Shown here: piece after piece, positions 12,881-27,586 of the stretch
Layout: each line of letters starts with the position of its first letter
Numbering within the stretch: the stretch's first letter is position 1
Assembly (NCBI GenBank): GCA_951406725.2
Contig: OX597822.1
Span: 6,076,001 to 6,140,000 of the forward strand
Source of the DNA: Octopus vulgaris
Taxonomy: Eukaryota
Reading direction: 5' to 3'
DNA: 64,000 nucleotides
Made by a program: the position numbers and the translations under genes
The notes under the pieces: generated by a model
Told to the model about the DNA's origin: nothing
Database searches by the model: none
What the model saw: the letters and a program-made list of their open reading frames with translations, nothing else

Positions 12881-13280
12881 TTATATATATATATGTGTGT
12901 GTGTGTGTATATGTGTATATGTATCTTACACCAGGTTTTATGCCCATAGAAACATATGCTCCTGTGTACGTATGGGCTTAGTGTATGAGATACGGATTCA
13001 TTCACACACACACATGCTCACACTTGCATAATTGCGTATATTGTTCAGTTCTTTTGGCCGTTCAAATATCAAAGCAATATATACCATGCTTGGTGAACTG
13101 TCTTCAAATAGTTACGCTCTTACAAAGTGTTGCGAAATCTTTTATTACGTCCACTTCAAGAAATCTTCATAGTATTCTTGACCTGCCAAGAACTTCTCCC
13201 GATAAGATCTGCCAAGAATTTCACCCGATATCTTCCAGAGAATTAATAGGAAATTGTAAACACAAACGCACGCACGTAGG

Positions 13281-13352
<72 letters not shown>

Positions 13353-13659
13353 CACACACACGCACACGTACATAAACATACACTCAACGAAAGAAAACAA
13401 AAATTTTACCTAGAAACCACATAAACTTTGCCAATAAACCACTCTAAGATTGAAGAATTCTAGGTAATCTATGGACCCTGGCACTCCCGTTGTGTATGTA
13501 TATATATATATATATATATAGATACTGAAAGTTTGCCAACGTGAATAAAGGTCTCGATTAAGGCAGTGGCAAGGTAAAAAAGTGGTTTTGTGCATTTTAA
13601 ATCGAGATAAAATCAATAGAGTCAGAAGTCTTTGCTTTGTGTATATATATATATATGTA

Positions 13660-14037
13660 CTAGCAGTATCGCCCGGCGTTGCTCAGGTTTGTAAGGGAAA
13701 TAACTATAAAGCATTTTTAGAGAGTTATAGCCAAAAAATAGCCAAAAAATGGAAAAAAAATTATGGGAAATTTTTTGAGAGTTAAAAAAGGTGGAGTTGC
13801 GTCCCCTAGACGGTCTGTGTTTGGGTTCTGATTCTCGACCCCATGTCGAATTTATCGATTTTTTCAGAACTGGGGGAACATTTCAAAATTTTCGCTGCGT
13901 TAGTTTTGAATTATGACATTGGGCTATGTGTGTGTCAAGTTTCATCAGAATCGGTTGAAAGCCGTGGTCAGAGTGAGGTACGAGAAAACAGACACACAGA
14001 AAACGCACAGACAAACTGCCGTTTATATAGAGAGAGA
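13660..14037 (-). mobile_element. Non-autonomous Helitron, second family
   Basis: Reverse complement starts A|TCTCTCTCTATATAAAC and ends hairpin + CTAG|T. The 3' ~110 bp are shared with the 3955-4355 family. Confidence 0.8.
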
Positions 14038-14039
14038 TA

Positions 14040-14105
<66 letters not shown>

Positions 14106-14472
14106 CTTATATATATACACATTTACATATATATATATGTATATATATATATATGTATATATACATATATATATATATGTATATAAATATTTTATATATA
14201 TATATATGTAGTATATAAAGTATATATATATATATATATATGTATTCTTTCATTTATTACAAATTCGTGTCCTTTTTATGTGCTTTTCTTGTAGGCGTTA
14301 CTCTGACAGTAAACAGAAGGCAACAGTCTCACGTCACAATGAATGAGGTGGCGAAATAGAACACCAACAACATAATCAACTCAGAAGTAGCAAAGTCTGT
14401 ATGTTATGAATTGTAAACAAAGGATATGTGCTATCAGCAAAATGATGTTTTATAAACTTTTTTCAAGAAAGC

Positions 14473-14562
<90 letters not shown>

Positions 14563-14696
14563 TACATACAAAAGAATGAAAGGTTTACAAAACAAAATAA
14601 AATTCAAGTTATAAATGTAAGTAAAACAATAGGTTATCAAAATCGAAATAAATCAATATTTTTCTTTAATATATATATATATATATGTGTGTGTGT

Positions 14697-14780
<84 letters not shown>

Positions 14781-15083
14781 CACACACACGCACAAATATA
14801 TTATATATATATATATATTGCCCTCATTCAGGTCTAATGACCCTCCATGTTTGTTTCCCTTTGGTTTGGTATTTACGGGACCAATAGTCTTCCAAGACTC
14901 ATATTATCGTTCAATGCTTGGGATGGGAAGTAGATAGACAGCCGACAACTGATGCAGGGTCGTTCTTTGTGTTGCTTGTCCTGGTTTAGCATTTTTTCCT
15001 CTCGTTTGTTTACATATTAAACTCAAATTGTTTGTATTTCATATTGTTTACTGTTGGTAACGTCCTCTACTCATATATGTATG

Positions 15084-15144
<61 letters not shown>

Positions 15145-15559
15145 TGTCATTACTGTCCTGTTTTTTTACCATTTTTTTACCATTTTTTACCCCTCTGCGA
15201 AAAGATCTCACAATTTTAATTGATTTGCTTTTCGCAGGAAGGAAAGTTTCTTGTCGAAGATACGTCTCGCTTTTAGAGTAGAGTAGATGAAACCTTAGCG
15301 ACTGAAGAAGGGGTTTTTTCGTTGTGTTAATTGTCCTGTACTCCATTTTTTGTTGTTTTTAAAAAAACGTCCAGTTCCTTTGGTTTGTGTCTATGTTTTC
15401 GTTTCTCTTTGTGTTCGACGTCCCTTTGGTGTCCTGTACTCATATATGCGTGTATATGTACATGTAGAGGTAGGTACGTACATATATGTTTATATATATG
15501 CATATGTTTTATATCATTTATTAATATATATATACATATATATATTTACATACATACAT

Positions 15560-15592
<33 letters not shown>

Positions 15593-16508
15593 CATACATA
15601 CTTATATACCTGCATACATGCATACATACATACATGACATTACAACCAGCTAGGCAAAGTCTTCGCTACATTTGCAGCACCCTGCCAGATGGAGTGTTTG
15701 TCCAGGATAGGACTACACAGCCACAGCAGGAGATGTATTAGGGCATGAAATGTAAAAGCCTGACTAGATTATTTTATGTGCAACTCCATTGTCTCCCGAG
15801 ACAAAAAGGATGACAACAACCTATATATATATATGTATGTTAGTTTGTATGTATGTATGTATGTATGTATGTATGTATGTATGTATGTATGTATGCATGT
15901 ATGAATGTATGTATGTCTATATAGATTGTTTATATTATTATCTAATTGAACGCCACGCATCCATTTCCAAGTAAGTTTATCTTAACCTTTTTGATGCGAT
16001 TCTACTCTATACTGTTTTCTACCCCATCCTCCCCTAAATCCGTTTTTCTTCTCTTCACCGTTTTCTATCTGTCTCTCTCTTCCTCAATCTCTCTCTCGTT
16101 GCTCACACGTGACAATCGTCCATCTTTCTTTTCCTCCACGACGTCCTAAGGACTGGACTTCTATCTCGCTCTTCTTTTCTGTTTTCAAAGAAAATATTTC
16201 TCTCAGCGTTCGCTATTTTTCCCTCGTTCTGGTTTAACGACCCTCCGTGTTTCTTTTCGTTTGGTTTCCTTGTATGCTTCCACTGTCCTGTTTTTGTTCC
16301 GAACTTTGACCCTCCATAAATCCCAAATTTTATTTTGGTATTTATGGGAAGAATTGTCTTCGAATACTCATATTGTCGTCCAATGCTCGAAGTGAGGAGT
16401 AGATAGACAGCCGACAACTGATGAAGGGTCGTTCTTTATGTTACTTGTTCTGTTTTCCATTTTTTCTCTCGTTGTTTACCTATTTACTCATTTCTTTTCC
16501 TATCCATA

Positions 16509-16584
<76 letters not shown>

Positions 16585-17074
16585 CAGCAACGGGGCACTG
16601 CCTTAGCTATGAACAGTAAAGACATATTAGGCTAACGTTACGAAAAGATGGCATCACAATTTTGACTCTATAAGTTAAAATAATTAGCCTGCGAAGCTAG
16701 CATGCTATATATTTGCTGCCTGTCAGCAAATAACTTAGTCCACACAGAAGCAACATATAGCTTAATACATATCCTTATAGCAACGGGGTGAGCTGGCATA
16801 ATTGTTAGCACGCCGGGAAAATGCTTAGCTGTAATTCGTTCTTTTTTTTACGTTCTGAGATCATATTCCACTGAGGTCGACAGTACTTTTCATCATTTCC
16901 GGGTCGATTAAATAAGTGCCAGTTGAAATCTGTGGTCGATGTAATCGACTTCCCTCCTCTTCTGAAATTTCTGACGTTGTGCCAACATTTGAATTCAATA
17001 TATATCTAAAGGAGGATAACAGAAAATTGTTGTATCATTGTCCACGTGAATCGCTTACCGTATCTGCATATCAT

Positions 17075-17595
17075 TTCTTTTCTACTCTAGGCACAAGGCA
17101 CGAAATTTTGTGGGAGGGAACCAGACGATTAGATCGACTCCAGTACGTAACTGGTGCTTAATTTATCGATCCTGAAAAGATGAAAGGCAAAGTCGACCTC
17201 GGCGGCATTTGAACTAAGAACATAAAGACAAACGAAATATCTATTTCTTTACTACCCACAAGGGACTAAACACAGAGAGGACAAACAAGGACAGACAAAC
17301 GGATTGAGTCGATTATATCGACCTCAGCGGAATTTGAACTCAGAACGTAATGGCAGACGAAATACCTATTTCTTTACTACCTACAAAGGGGCTAACACAG
17401 AGGGGACGAACAAGGACAGACACACGGATTAAGTCGATTATATCGACCCCAGTGCGTAACTGGTACTAATTTAATCGACCCCGAAAGGATGAAAGGCAAA
17501 GTCGGACTCGGCGGAATTTGAACTCAGAACGTAACGGCAGACGAAATATGGTTACGCATTTCGCCCGGCGTGCTAACGATTCTGCCAGCTTGCGT
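17075..17595 (-). mobile_element. SINE family A multimer (head plus about three partial body units)
   Basis: Repeated GAATTTGAACT..GACGAAATA(C/T)CTATTTCTTTACTAC junctions. Confidence 0.8.
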
Positions 17596-18116
17596 CCTTG
17601 TGTCTGCATATCAATTGTAAAGAGCATAGTTACACTAAGTGCTACTACATGAAGAGAGAGCTTCGACCGTGTACATTAGAAAACTTAATCTAGAAAGCTA
17701 GGTATACATATATCAATGGCCTGTAAATGGAGGTCTTAGTCCTCACAGCATCGAGAATTTTGCATATATACATACATAATTAAATGAATGATCTTGGGGA
17801 GAAAACGCAGCTCCTTAATTCATATGCTACAAATGATCACGATATCTCGGACTATAAAATGTGCAAGACTTAGAGATTTAAAGCACGATGGTTAAAACAA
17901 GATAAATTCCTTCACAACCTTGCTACCAAGTAGGTGGCCGGTCAAAATGTTCTCTCAATTAAAAAGAGAGAAAACACACACACACACACACACACACATT
18001 TATGTAGAAGACGGGAAATTTTGACAACACACCCGGGAATCGAACGCTGTATCTGCTGTAATTTATATGACAGTAATAACTTTACTTGATATGTGTGTGT
18101 GTACATACAGGCAAAC

Positions 18117-18208
<92 letters not shown>

Positions 18209-18211
18209 ATG

Positions 18212-18254
<43 letters not shown>

Positions 18255-18267
18255 GTATGTATATATG

Positions 18268-18322
<55 letters not shown>

Positions 18323-18798
18323 GTATATATATATATATACACATACATACACACATACACAGATATATATACACAGTAAGGAGATGAAACGCTGGAGTTA
18401 GCAGCAAAAAATATATGAAAAGCAAAAGCAATCTGACCAAGGAATGAGCCTCTCTACGGTTGATCGACCAGCTAGAAATATCAACAAAATATCATTCAAA
18501 TCACACCCAAGCGTTTTAAAAAGAAGGAACGACGCATTAAATCATATGGTTCTAAATACACTATGTCTGAAATGAAAAGACAGAACGGTCACAGTTGGCT
18601 GATAATGACAGTAATGCCGATGACGATGATGGCGATGATAATGATGATGATGAGGAGGAGGATAATAGCGGCGGTGGTGATGAATAATGAAGGTGATGAT
18701 TATGAAAAAGACGATGACAACGACGACGATAATGATGGTTATCATAATGGCGATGGAGACGGTGTATAATATCATGGTGGTGTTGATGGTGGTGGTGG

Positions 18799-18830
<32 letters not shown>

Positions 18831-19930
18831 ATGACGATGTATTTATAGTAAGTAGCCCCTGCTCAGTCATCCGATAAATGTGTTTGATCAGCTGTGTAAG
18901 ATTGGAGTAAAGAATTATTTTAGATTAAAACAAAAATAAAAGTAAGAACACAATCAAAACCAAAACAAATAGTTTTCTAAATCGTTATTATACAGAAAAG
19001 TCTTCTTTTCTTTTTTTATTTTGAAATTTTATTTCGGAATCTGAAGCGGACCGAAAAATGTTAATTATAATTCACAGAGTTTTACCATATTTACGGACAA
19101 TGAGTATTTACAGTCCGTCTTTTCCAATAAACATTGCCAATACGGTAGTTGCAGAAATAACAAAGCTTCGGACAAAATACTTGCGGCTGTTTCTGTCCTC
19201 TCTCCTGTTTACTAGGATACGCTCGAAAAGTTCAAATTCTATTTCCTCCGATAAAAGTAGCTCTCAGTGGCTAACGATCACAGGGGATCCAGTTGATCCG
19301 ATCAACGGAACAGCCTGCGCCTGAAAATAAAATGCAAGTGGCTGAGTACTGCACAGACACGCATACACTTAACGTAATTCTTAAGGAGATTCAATGCGAG
19401 ATAGAATGTGACAAGGCCGGCCCTTTAAAATACAAGTACTACTTATTATTGCCAGATGAGTGAACAAGAGCAACGTGAAGTAAAGTGTCTTGCCCAACGA
19501 CACACTGCACCGCCAGGAATTGAACTCACAACGTTACGATCGTGATTCCAATACCCGAACCACTAAACCACGTGCTTTCGCATTTCCTTCGATACCACCG
19601 TGAGCGTTATATCCCTTGAATGATGTAGTTAATATTCCATCAAAATTGCCCAGATGCTGTTGGCATCAACTTTAAAATTCACTCAAAGCTTGTCTCTCGC
19701 GCTCTGACATCAACCAAGGCTCTTTTTGCGCCTTCGCGCTCTGACAGAAAGTAATCACATTTGCTAGTTAGCCCATAGCTAGGACTCTAACAGGTGCTAC
19801 AAATCCGGTGGTTCCTCATTCCTCAAAACCCTGAAGCTCCTAAACCAAGGTCCCCCTGCTACATGCAGTTTACAGTCACACATACATACAAGCAACCAGA
19901 TCCTTCCTTGCAGGAAAAATTTAAATGATT

Positions 19931-20020
<90 letters not shown>

Positions 20021-20164
20021 GTGTGTATATATGTGGCTGTGGACAATCAAGATTAGTTCTCTACTAACCTTCTCAAAAAAAACCCCTTCATAAATACGAT
20101 CCATTTTCATACTATAGCCACAAATATTCGTGTAGGTAATACAGTCAGTATCCGTCAGATAACC

Positions 20165-20820
20165 GGGAACACTTGACAGACTTGGAAACGTTTTTAAACA
20201 AGACTCTATATCTCGCCCACATGCAACTACCACGTGCATTTAAAATGAGACTCCAGCCTATGATAATATTAAAGGGAATGCTTCATGTCATTACAAAAGT
20301 CTTGCAACATTTGCTCCACTTGGAACGCAAACATTGGGCAGACTTAGAATATATATTTCTCTGTCAAGGGATGGTTTGCAGGTTCATTCCCCATTGAAGT
20401 CGGCTGCAGTGGATTTCTATCTAGATCACTGCGCCAGAAGATAGGCCTGGAACCCAGCCAGTTGAATGTTGAATAAGTACATCAAAGAAATAGGCACAGT
20501 AGCTGAAACTAAATACAATAAAAATGTGAAGCTCTGCCCCACGCAGAAAGTGTAGGAGATATCCAGAAGTTTTGCAAGATAGCTATAGTTAAGAGACTGC
20601 AAGTAGAACCCTTCCGCAGTTGAAGACTAGCTCAGTCCTCACTTCCACACTCATGTGAAGCTTACAGGGTTAGGGGCGAAACGCTTGTGGCCCTGAGATA
20701 CCTGCTGACGATATGGAAGGGTTTCCATCATTGTAATGGATTTAGAAGTGTTTGCAAGACCTCTCAGTAGCTGCTGCACTTTCTACGTGGGGCAAAGCAT
20801 CTTTCATGTTTATTTCCCCC
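20165..20820 (+). mobile_element. HERO/NeSL-like (RLE-type) non-LTR retrotransposon 3' remnant
   Basis: KGWFAGSFPIEVGCSGFLSRSL..KYIKEIGTVAET (cf. GW..PVEVGCRGF..AIKEISEAAE). The 3' UTR resembles 49160-49332. Confidence 0.65.
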
Positions 20821-22638
20821 CATATGTTCTACCAATGAAGATAACCAGATCAAGGGTAAAGTTTGTAGTCATCTAGCAAGAGATCAATTATTTGCTGTAA
20901 GAAAAACCTAGCATTACTCATACTCATAATTTCTGATATGGTACATATGTTTTCCCCTTTTTTTGCTCCAAGAATATTCAGAGTCAGATTTGCGAATATG
21001 CAGGTTTGCTTTCTAGCACTGTCCCTATCGCTTGTTCTACCACTGTCCATGTTACTGTAGCTTGTTCTACCACTGTCCACTTCCATGTGCCTTGTGTGAC
21101 TATTTCCCATTTTAGTGTTGCCTTTTAAAACCGCTGTCCATGTTGGTGTTGTAAGGGCTATCTCTATTAATGTTGGTGTTATTTCTACCACTTTCTCTTT
21201 TGGTATTACTTCTACCATTGTACATTTTGGTGCTGCCTGTTCTGCCACTGTCGAAGTTAAATTTTGCTTGTGCTACCCTGTCTAGTTTGGTATTTCTGAT
21301 CTACTAGTGTCTATGTTCTGATCTACTCGTTCTACCACTGATCATCTAGGTGTCCGTTCTACTTCTATTTCTGCTTCCACCATTCATGTTTGTTTCACTT
21401 GCCTTACTACTTCAACGTTGCGTGTGTTACCATTGTCCACGCTGCTGTTGATGTTTGTGTTACCATTATTCATGTTAGTGTTCTTTTCTATTATTTTCGT
21501 ATCGACGGAAGAACATATTTTATATTTAGGCGATCTACAAGTTCGTATCCTCCACACTCCCCTCTTCTCCACCTCCCCGTCTCCGTCCGTCTGTCTCGCT
21601 TGCTATCTTCCATTTTAACAATTTTCAAACAATGAACGAAAAGGTGTATTTTATTAATTCTAAATATTGTATTGATCTTCATATGTTCTATAATGTTCGA
21701 CAATCTATTTTCTGAAATATCTTGCGTCATAATAACCATTCGTATAAATAACAAACAAATATTCTGTTGTTTCATGCGACGAAGTTGCGATATAGCATAA
21801 GATTACACACTTTCAATTTGGTTACTGTGTCCTGATTACAATAAACTTCATTAGGCAATATATTGTTCTGTTGGCACCAATCAATTGAAATTTCTTCATT
21901 GTACGTTCTAACCAGAAATAGATTGTCATATATTCATCATAATAAAATATCGACTATCTACTATAAAATATATATATATTAATTAGTTCTATATTAACTT
22001 CATGTATATAGTAACATGTATGAAAATAATATTCTATACAAATTATTAATAATGAGAAAGAGGGCGCTAAAGTCTTAGAATAGCTATTTTTTGCCGGTGT
22101 TTTTTACAGCGATTAGACATCAGCAATGCCTTAGAAAAACTGCCACAGGGTACCGTCGCCGATTTACACTGCTACGCTCCAACACATACACGCACACATG
22201 CACAAATACGTACATAGATACATGTATATGACATATATAAATACATATATACATGCATACATACCTGGACATAGGCGTGGATGAGTGGCTAAACAGTTTG
22301 CTGAATAACCATGAAATATCTGGTTCGATTTCACTGGATGAAATGTTGTGTAATTGTCTTTGACATACCCTTTTCGGTCATCCCGCGGTTTGTGAGTAAA
22401 ACTGCGTAAATGGAAACTGTGAAGAAGCCCATTCGAAGGATTGTACTTGTGATAGAAAGGTACGGATTCCTCACGCTGTGTCACATTGATTTAGCCGGAG
22501 AATTATGTTAGCAGTACATACGTCCGTGGAATACTCAGCCATATAGCATGCTAAATCAATGAGCACTCATTGAACACTCATACCTCGAAATGCACACACG
22601 CAAATATACGCAATACACACATATGCACATACACTCGC

Positions 22639-22678
<40 letters not shown>

Positions 22679-22776
22679 TTCTTAAATGGCTTACAAACAC
22701 CTTCCACGCTGCAATTGTTTTCGTTTCAGCACACGATCTCAGATCAAATCACTTGCTATGCAAGTACATCTCCGTA

Positions 22777-22807
<31 letters not shown>

Positions 22808-22815
<8 letters not shown>

Positions 22816-23432
22816 AAAAGGGACAGGCAACAGGTTGCTTGACCGCATACCGAAAAAGTAGAAATAGCAGTCAAGAATGCTTAGTTCCATTTTCCACAAG
22901 TGGGGCTCCACACACGACAAACCCTGCAATTCACATACGCAAAACAAGGAATAGATAACGAAAACGAAGTCTGGTGGTTATCTGTGAACATCATGTTTCT
23001 GGATTATAAACATAGTGAATATATATTTCATATATACTTATGATATATATTTCATATATACTTATGATATATATTTCACATATATTGCATATATATTTCA
23101 CATCCGTCTTCAGCACAGCTTTCCATTGAAATAGATTTATCATAGATTTATCAAATGCTACGTACCTCAATATGCAATATATATGAAATATATATCATAA
23201 GTATATATGAAATATATATTCACTATGTTTATAATCCAGAAACATGATGTTCACAGATAACCACCAGACTTCGTTTTCGTTATCTAATCCTTCTGTTTTG
23301 CGTATGTGAATTGCAGGGTTTGTCGCGTGTGGAGCCCCACTTGTGGAAAATAGAAATAAGCATTCTTGACTGCTATTTCTACTTTTTCGGTATGCGGTCA
23401 AGCAATCTGTTGCCTGTCCCTTTTCTTATATA
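22808..23432. repeat. Fold-back element or long inverted repeat
   Basis: 22808-23092 is the reverse complement of 23170-23432 with few differences; spacer about 77 bp. Confidence 0.9.
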
Positions 23433-23552
23433 CAATATATATACTGATCTTTACAGAAGTTCCTACCGCTAATCGGCTATATTTACATACCGAATTCTAC
23501 TAGTAAATAATTGTGGTCTTTTTTTAAAAACCATTATAGAAATTATTTACTC

Positions 23553-23660
<108 letters not shown>

Positions 23661-24292
23661 CATACATACAGATATATACATACATACAGGTATATATTTA
23701 AAATTAACATGGACAGCTGTGTGCAATGTGTTACCAAATATGAAAACTATAATTGTTACTAAATATGACTAAGGTGTTACAACACTCACTTTGCTAGAAC
23801 TAAGAGCTAACACGGCCGTCTATATTAATATTTCGTATACACATTAGTGATTCGCTAAATGATCTGTAGAATTTTATGGTGAGTACATATGTAGTGCCAG
23901 AGGATTGCGTCCGGAATCAGCCGAATTGAGCGGACCCTTCTGTTGAAGCTACGGAATAAGGCTACGGAGTTAGCCGAAACCGACCGTTCAGTATAGCGAA
24001 TTCTCAACCGATGTTTTCGGGCGCTTACAATCCTTGTAAGTACATGTGTATACAATTACGGGATTTAATTACAACATTAGAGCTTTTTAGCTCTTTGTTC
24101 TTGCAATGTAGTTGTTCTAACACCCTAGTCATATTTAGTCACACACACACACACACATGCACACACACATGCACACACACATGCACACACACATGCACAC
24201 ACACATGCACACACACATGCACACACACATGCACACACACATGCACACACACACACACATGCACACACACATATGCATATGTAACATATACA

Positions 24293-24757
24293 CAGGGCGT
24301 CCACAAAAATATGTGCACGCTTTAATAGCTGATAACTAATTTAATTTTAATTTCTCATTAGAATATATAGAAATATAAAAGGTGTCAGAGTAATCTTTGA
24401 ACCAAGAAAATTTGCTCTAAAGTGCGACTGGAAATCTAAGAATGCAGTTGATTGTAAAGACAGTTTAGAAGAAATTTTTAAACAGACTTACGCGACTTAA
24501 CTCGAATCAGAAATAAGTGTGAAGCAGATGAAATACTTCAGAATGTCCACAAGAAAGGTTCCAGAAGACTGTAGGTATTGAAATACCCCCTGAAAGGAAG
24601 AAAAGAGTACAAGAAATGTATTGTCAGAGTTGAAGAAAACCTGTGAGGCAATGTTGCCGTGAAATTGGAATTTATGAATCAAGCGTCCATTGCATTTTGA
24701 AACGCCGTTATTGGAAATGTTACTTATCAAGAATAGTCCATGCTCTCAATGAAGAAC
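24293..24757 (+). pseudogene. Tc1/mariner-superfamily transposon 5' part (DUF4817-type HTH N-terminus)
   Basis: TIR-like CAGGGCGTCCACAAAA; RKFALKCDWKSKNAV..LTRIRNKCEAD..VRQCCREIGIYESSVHCILKR..W..Y..RIVHALNE. Confidence 0.7.
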
Positions 24758-25804
24758 ATGGTATGCATGTCTGTGGAGTACTCAGCCACTTGTGCGTTAA
24801 TTTTACGAGCAGACTGTTCCGTTGATCAGATAAACGTTGATCAGATAAACCTTGTCGTCGTAAGCGATGGAATGCCATTTAAAGAAAAGGAGTGAAAGAA
24901 AAAGATATGTTCCATATCGGAAAGCAAGAATGTCATGTGTTTAGTATGAGCAGTGAAAGCTAAGACGGAATAATTACTATTCAGTCGTGTAGTGACTTCG
25001 CCCTGGACTCACGTTCAGTTTGAGAACAACAGCCTGCGCATCGGTGTTTATCTGGGGGCTTAGCCTCCAGATCTGTGAGACCCACAAATGCCGCTGTTAG
25101 GACCGGATTAACACCTATAGTGACCCTAATGACTAAAAAGATTTTCCTGCCCCTATATAGGATATTTTTTCGTTTTATTCCAACCACTTGAAGGTTTATC
25201 TTGCGCCACTCCACTCAGCTGGCCAAAATGAGTTTTAGCTGTTAGTGAAAGGGGCCGGCCATGTCATATTCTGTGTGCGGCTGAATCTCCCTGAGAACTA
25301 CAATAATAGTGTGCATGTGTGTGGAGTACTCAGCCATTTGCGAGTTAATTTTAACCTCGTGTGGTAATGAAACGTGAAATTGACACCCAATATTTACTGT
25401 AATTATTTCAATGGCTGTGTGGAAAGTAGCTTGCTTACCAACCACATAGTTTCGGGTTCTGTCCCACTGCGTGGCACCTTGGGCAAGTATCTTCTACTAT
25501 AAAGGCGGTGCTTCAACATCGCCGCAGTCAAATGACTGAAACAAAAGAATAAAAGAATGTATCTATGTATCAACTTTTCTTTCGATCTATGTATCTACTG
25601 TCTCTCTTACTTTCTCTCTTTCTCTTTCACTCCGTCTGTATCCCTCGTCTCTCCTGCTTTTAAATTAACATTGTGTCCATGTATGTAATTTTCTTTAGAT
25701 CTATGTATCTATTTTTCTGGTTATCTATGTATCTACTTTTCTTTCGATGTATGCATTAGTCTACTCTGAAAATATTGATGACAGTAGCATCCACAGCTAT
25801 TTGC

Positions 25805-25872
<68 letters not shown>

Positions 25873-26935
25873 CAAGGGAGAGAGAATGGGTTAGAAAGAG
25901 ATAGATAGGTAACACTTCTTTCAACGGCTTTATTATATATCGTCGAAAACGAAATGTTTTCCCCCATTCTCTTTCACTATTATTCTCTATCCACTCCCTT
26001 CCTTCACTCAATCTATCTCTCTCGTTTCCCCCTCCCTCCCCAATCCTCTATGTCTCATTGCTTCTAACTATCCCCTTACGTTTAACGCGTTATATTTCTC
26101 TTACATCTTAGCGCTATCAATCTCATCCCCCTCTCTCTCTCTCTTTCTCACTTCCTCTTACCTCCTCCTCTTTGCCGCTTTGCCGCTTTGCTTCTTAATT
26201 CAACTATACTTCCTCTGATTCTGTTCTTCCCACTCTCCAGATTTGCCACTCACTTCAAGTACACTTCCTCTGCTTAACACATTTTATTTCTCTTTTTCTT
26301 TGTACCTCACCCTTCAAACTGTTTACCTCTTCCTTTGAAGTAAATGTGACACACACCACAGATACGTACAAAAAAGCATATTAACATTATTGCTAATTAC
26401 AAAACGAACAGCAAAATCAACCTCGGCAGTATTTGACCTCAGAGTTCAAATAGTCAGTTGAACAACCGCTAAGTAATTTGTCCGGCATGGTAACAATTTT
26501 GCCTGCTCACTTTCTAAGTATAATAATTATTCTTTCTACTATGGGAACAAAGCCTACCGTAGAAAGACTGGTACTTATTCCTGCAAACCCGAAAGAAAGA
26601 AAACCAAAGTTGATCCCGGTGAAATTTGAACTCACAACGGAAAGACTGAAACCACTGCGCTGAGCATTTTGCCCAGCGTACTGAGCATTCTGCCAGTTGG
26701 CCGTATTGATAATGATAATAATCCTCTCTACTAAAAGCACTAGGCTTGAAATTTTGCGGGAGTGGGGACAATCGATTACATCGACCCCAAGTGGTCAACT
26801 GATACTTATTTCATCGACCCGAAAGAATGAAAGGCAACGCGAACCTTGGTGGAATTTGAACTCACAACGTAAAGAAGGACGAAATGCCGCTAAGCATTTA
26901 GCCCGGCGTCATAACAGTTCTGCCTGCACGCTGCC

Positions 26936-26995
<60 letters not shown>

Positions 26996-26998
<3 letters not shown>

Positions 26999-27552
26999 GC
27001 CTTGATGCAGTATCAGGCAGTGGCTCTCATGGCTTCTGATCTTAACTGATTGGAAGTGTTATCATGTACATTGTTTAGTCTTGGTATAAAAGATGGGCTA
27101 CAGCAAATATTCTGCTCAATACCACAGATTTGCTTGTCAGTTGTTTGACTTTAACCAGTTGAGCATGTCCCTTAGTGGCTGACGATATGTGCATCTCTGA
27201 CCACGAGCAGAAGTAGTGGGGGAGCATCATAGCCATGTGTTGAGAGGGATTCTTTGGGGTTTGAATAATTCACCTCTGGAAACATGGGTGGTTCTTTCAA
27301 CATCCTTAAACAACCCTTATTCAGGCACCTTTCGAGTAGGATGGGTTACTCGACCTGAAGAAAATTCTAACTGGGCCCCACCTGCAAGGTCATGTGCTGT
27401 TTATTTTGATATGAGATCACCATGTCGCGCACATATGGTTGTGATGCATGTGCCCAGTGTACCCTTATCAGACGGGTAGTTATGATGGGTATACTGGGCT
27501 TCGTATATTTTACCCCAGTGTCACTTTGATGGCAAGCACTGCTCTCTCACTC
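26996..27552 (+). mobile_element. ~555 bp non-coding element embedded in (AAT)n
   Basis: Complex sequence bounded by (AAT)n on both sides, ending GCTCTCTCACTC-(AAT)n. Orientation is inferred. Confidence 0.55.

Positions 27553-27586
<34 letters not shown>

Noticed and set aside
20850-21400. 132-aa minus-strand ORF with a DSGRTS duplication
   Set aside because: Low complexity with no recognisable domain. It may be a LINE ORF1 relic, but this is unsupported.
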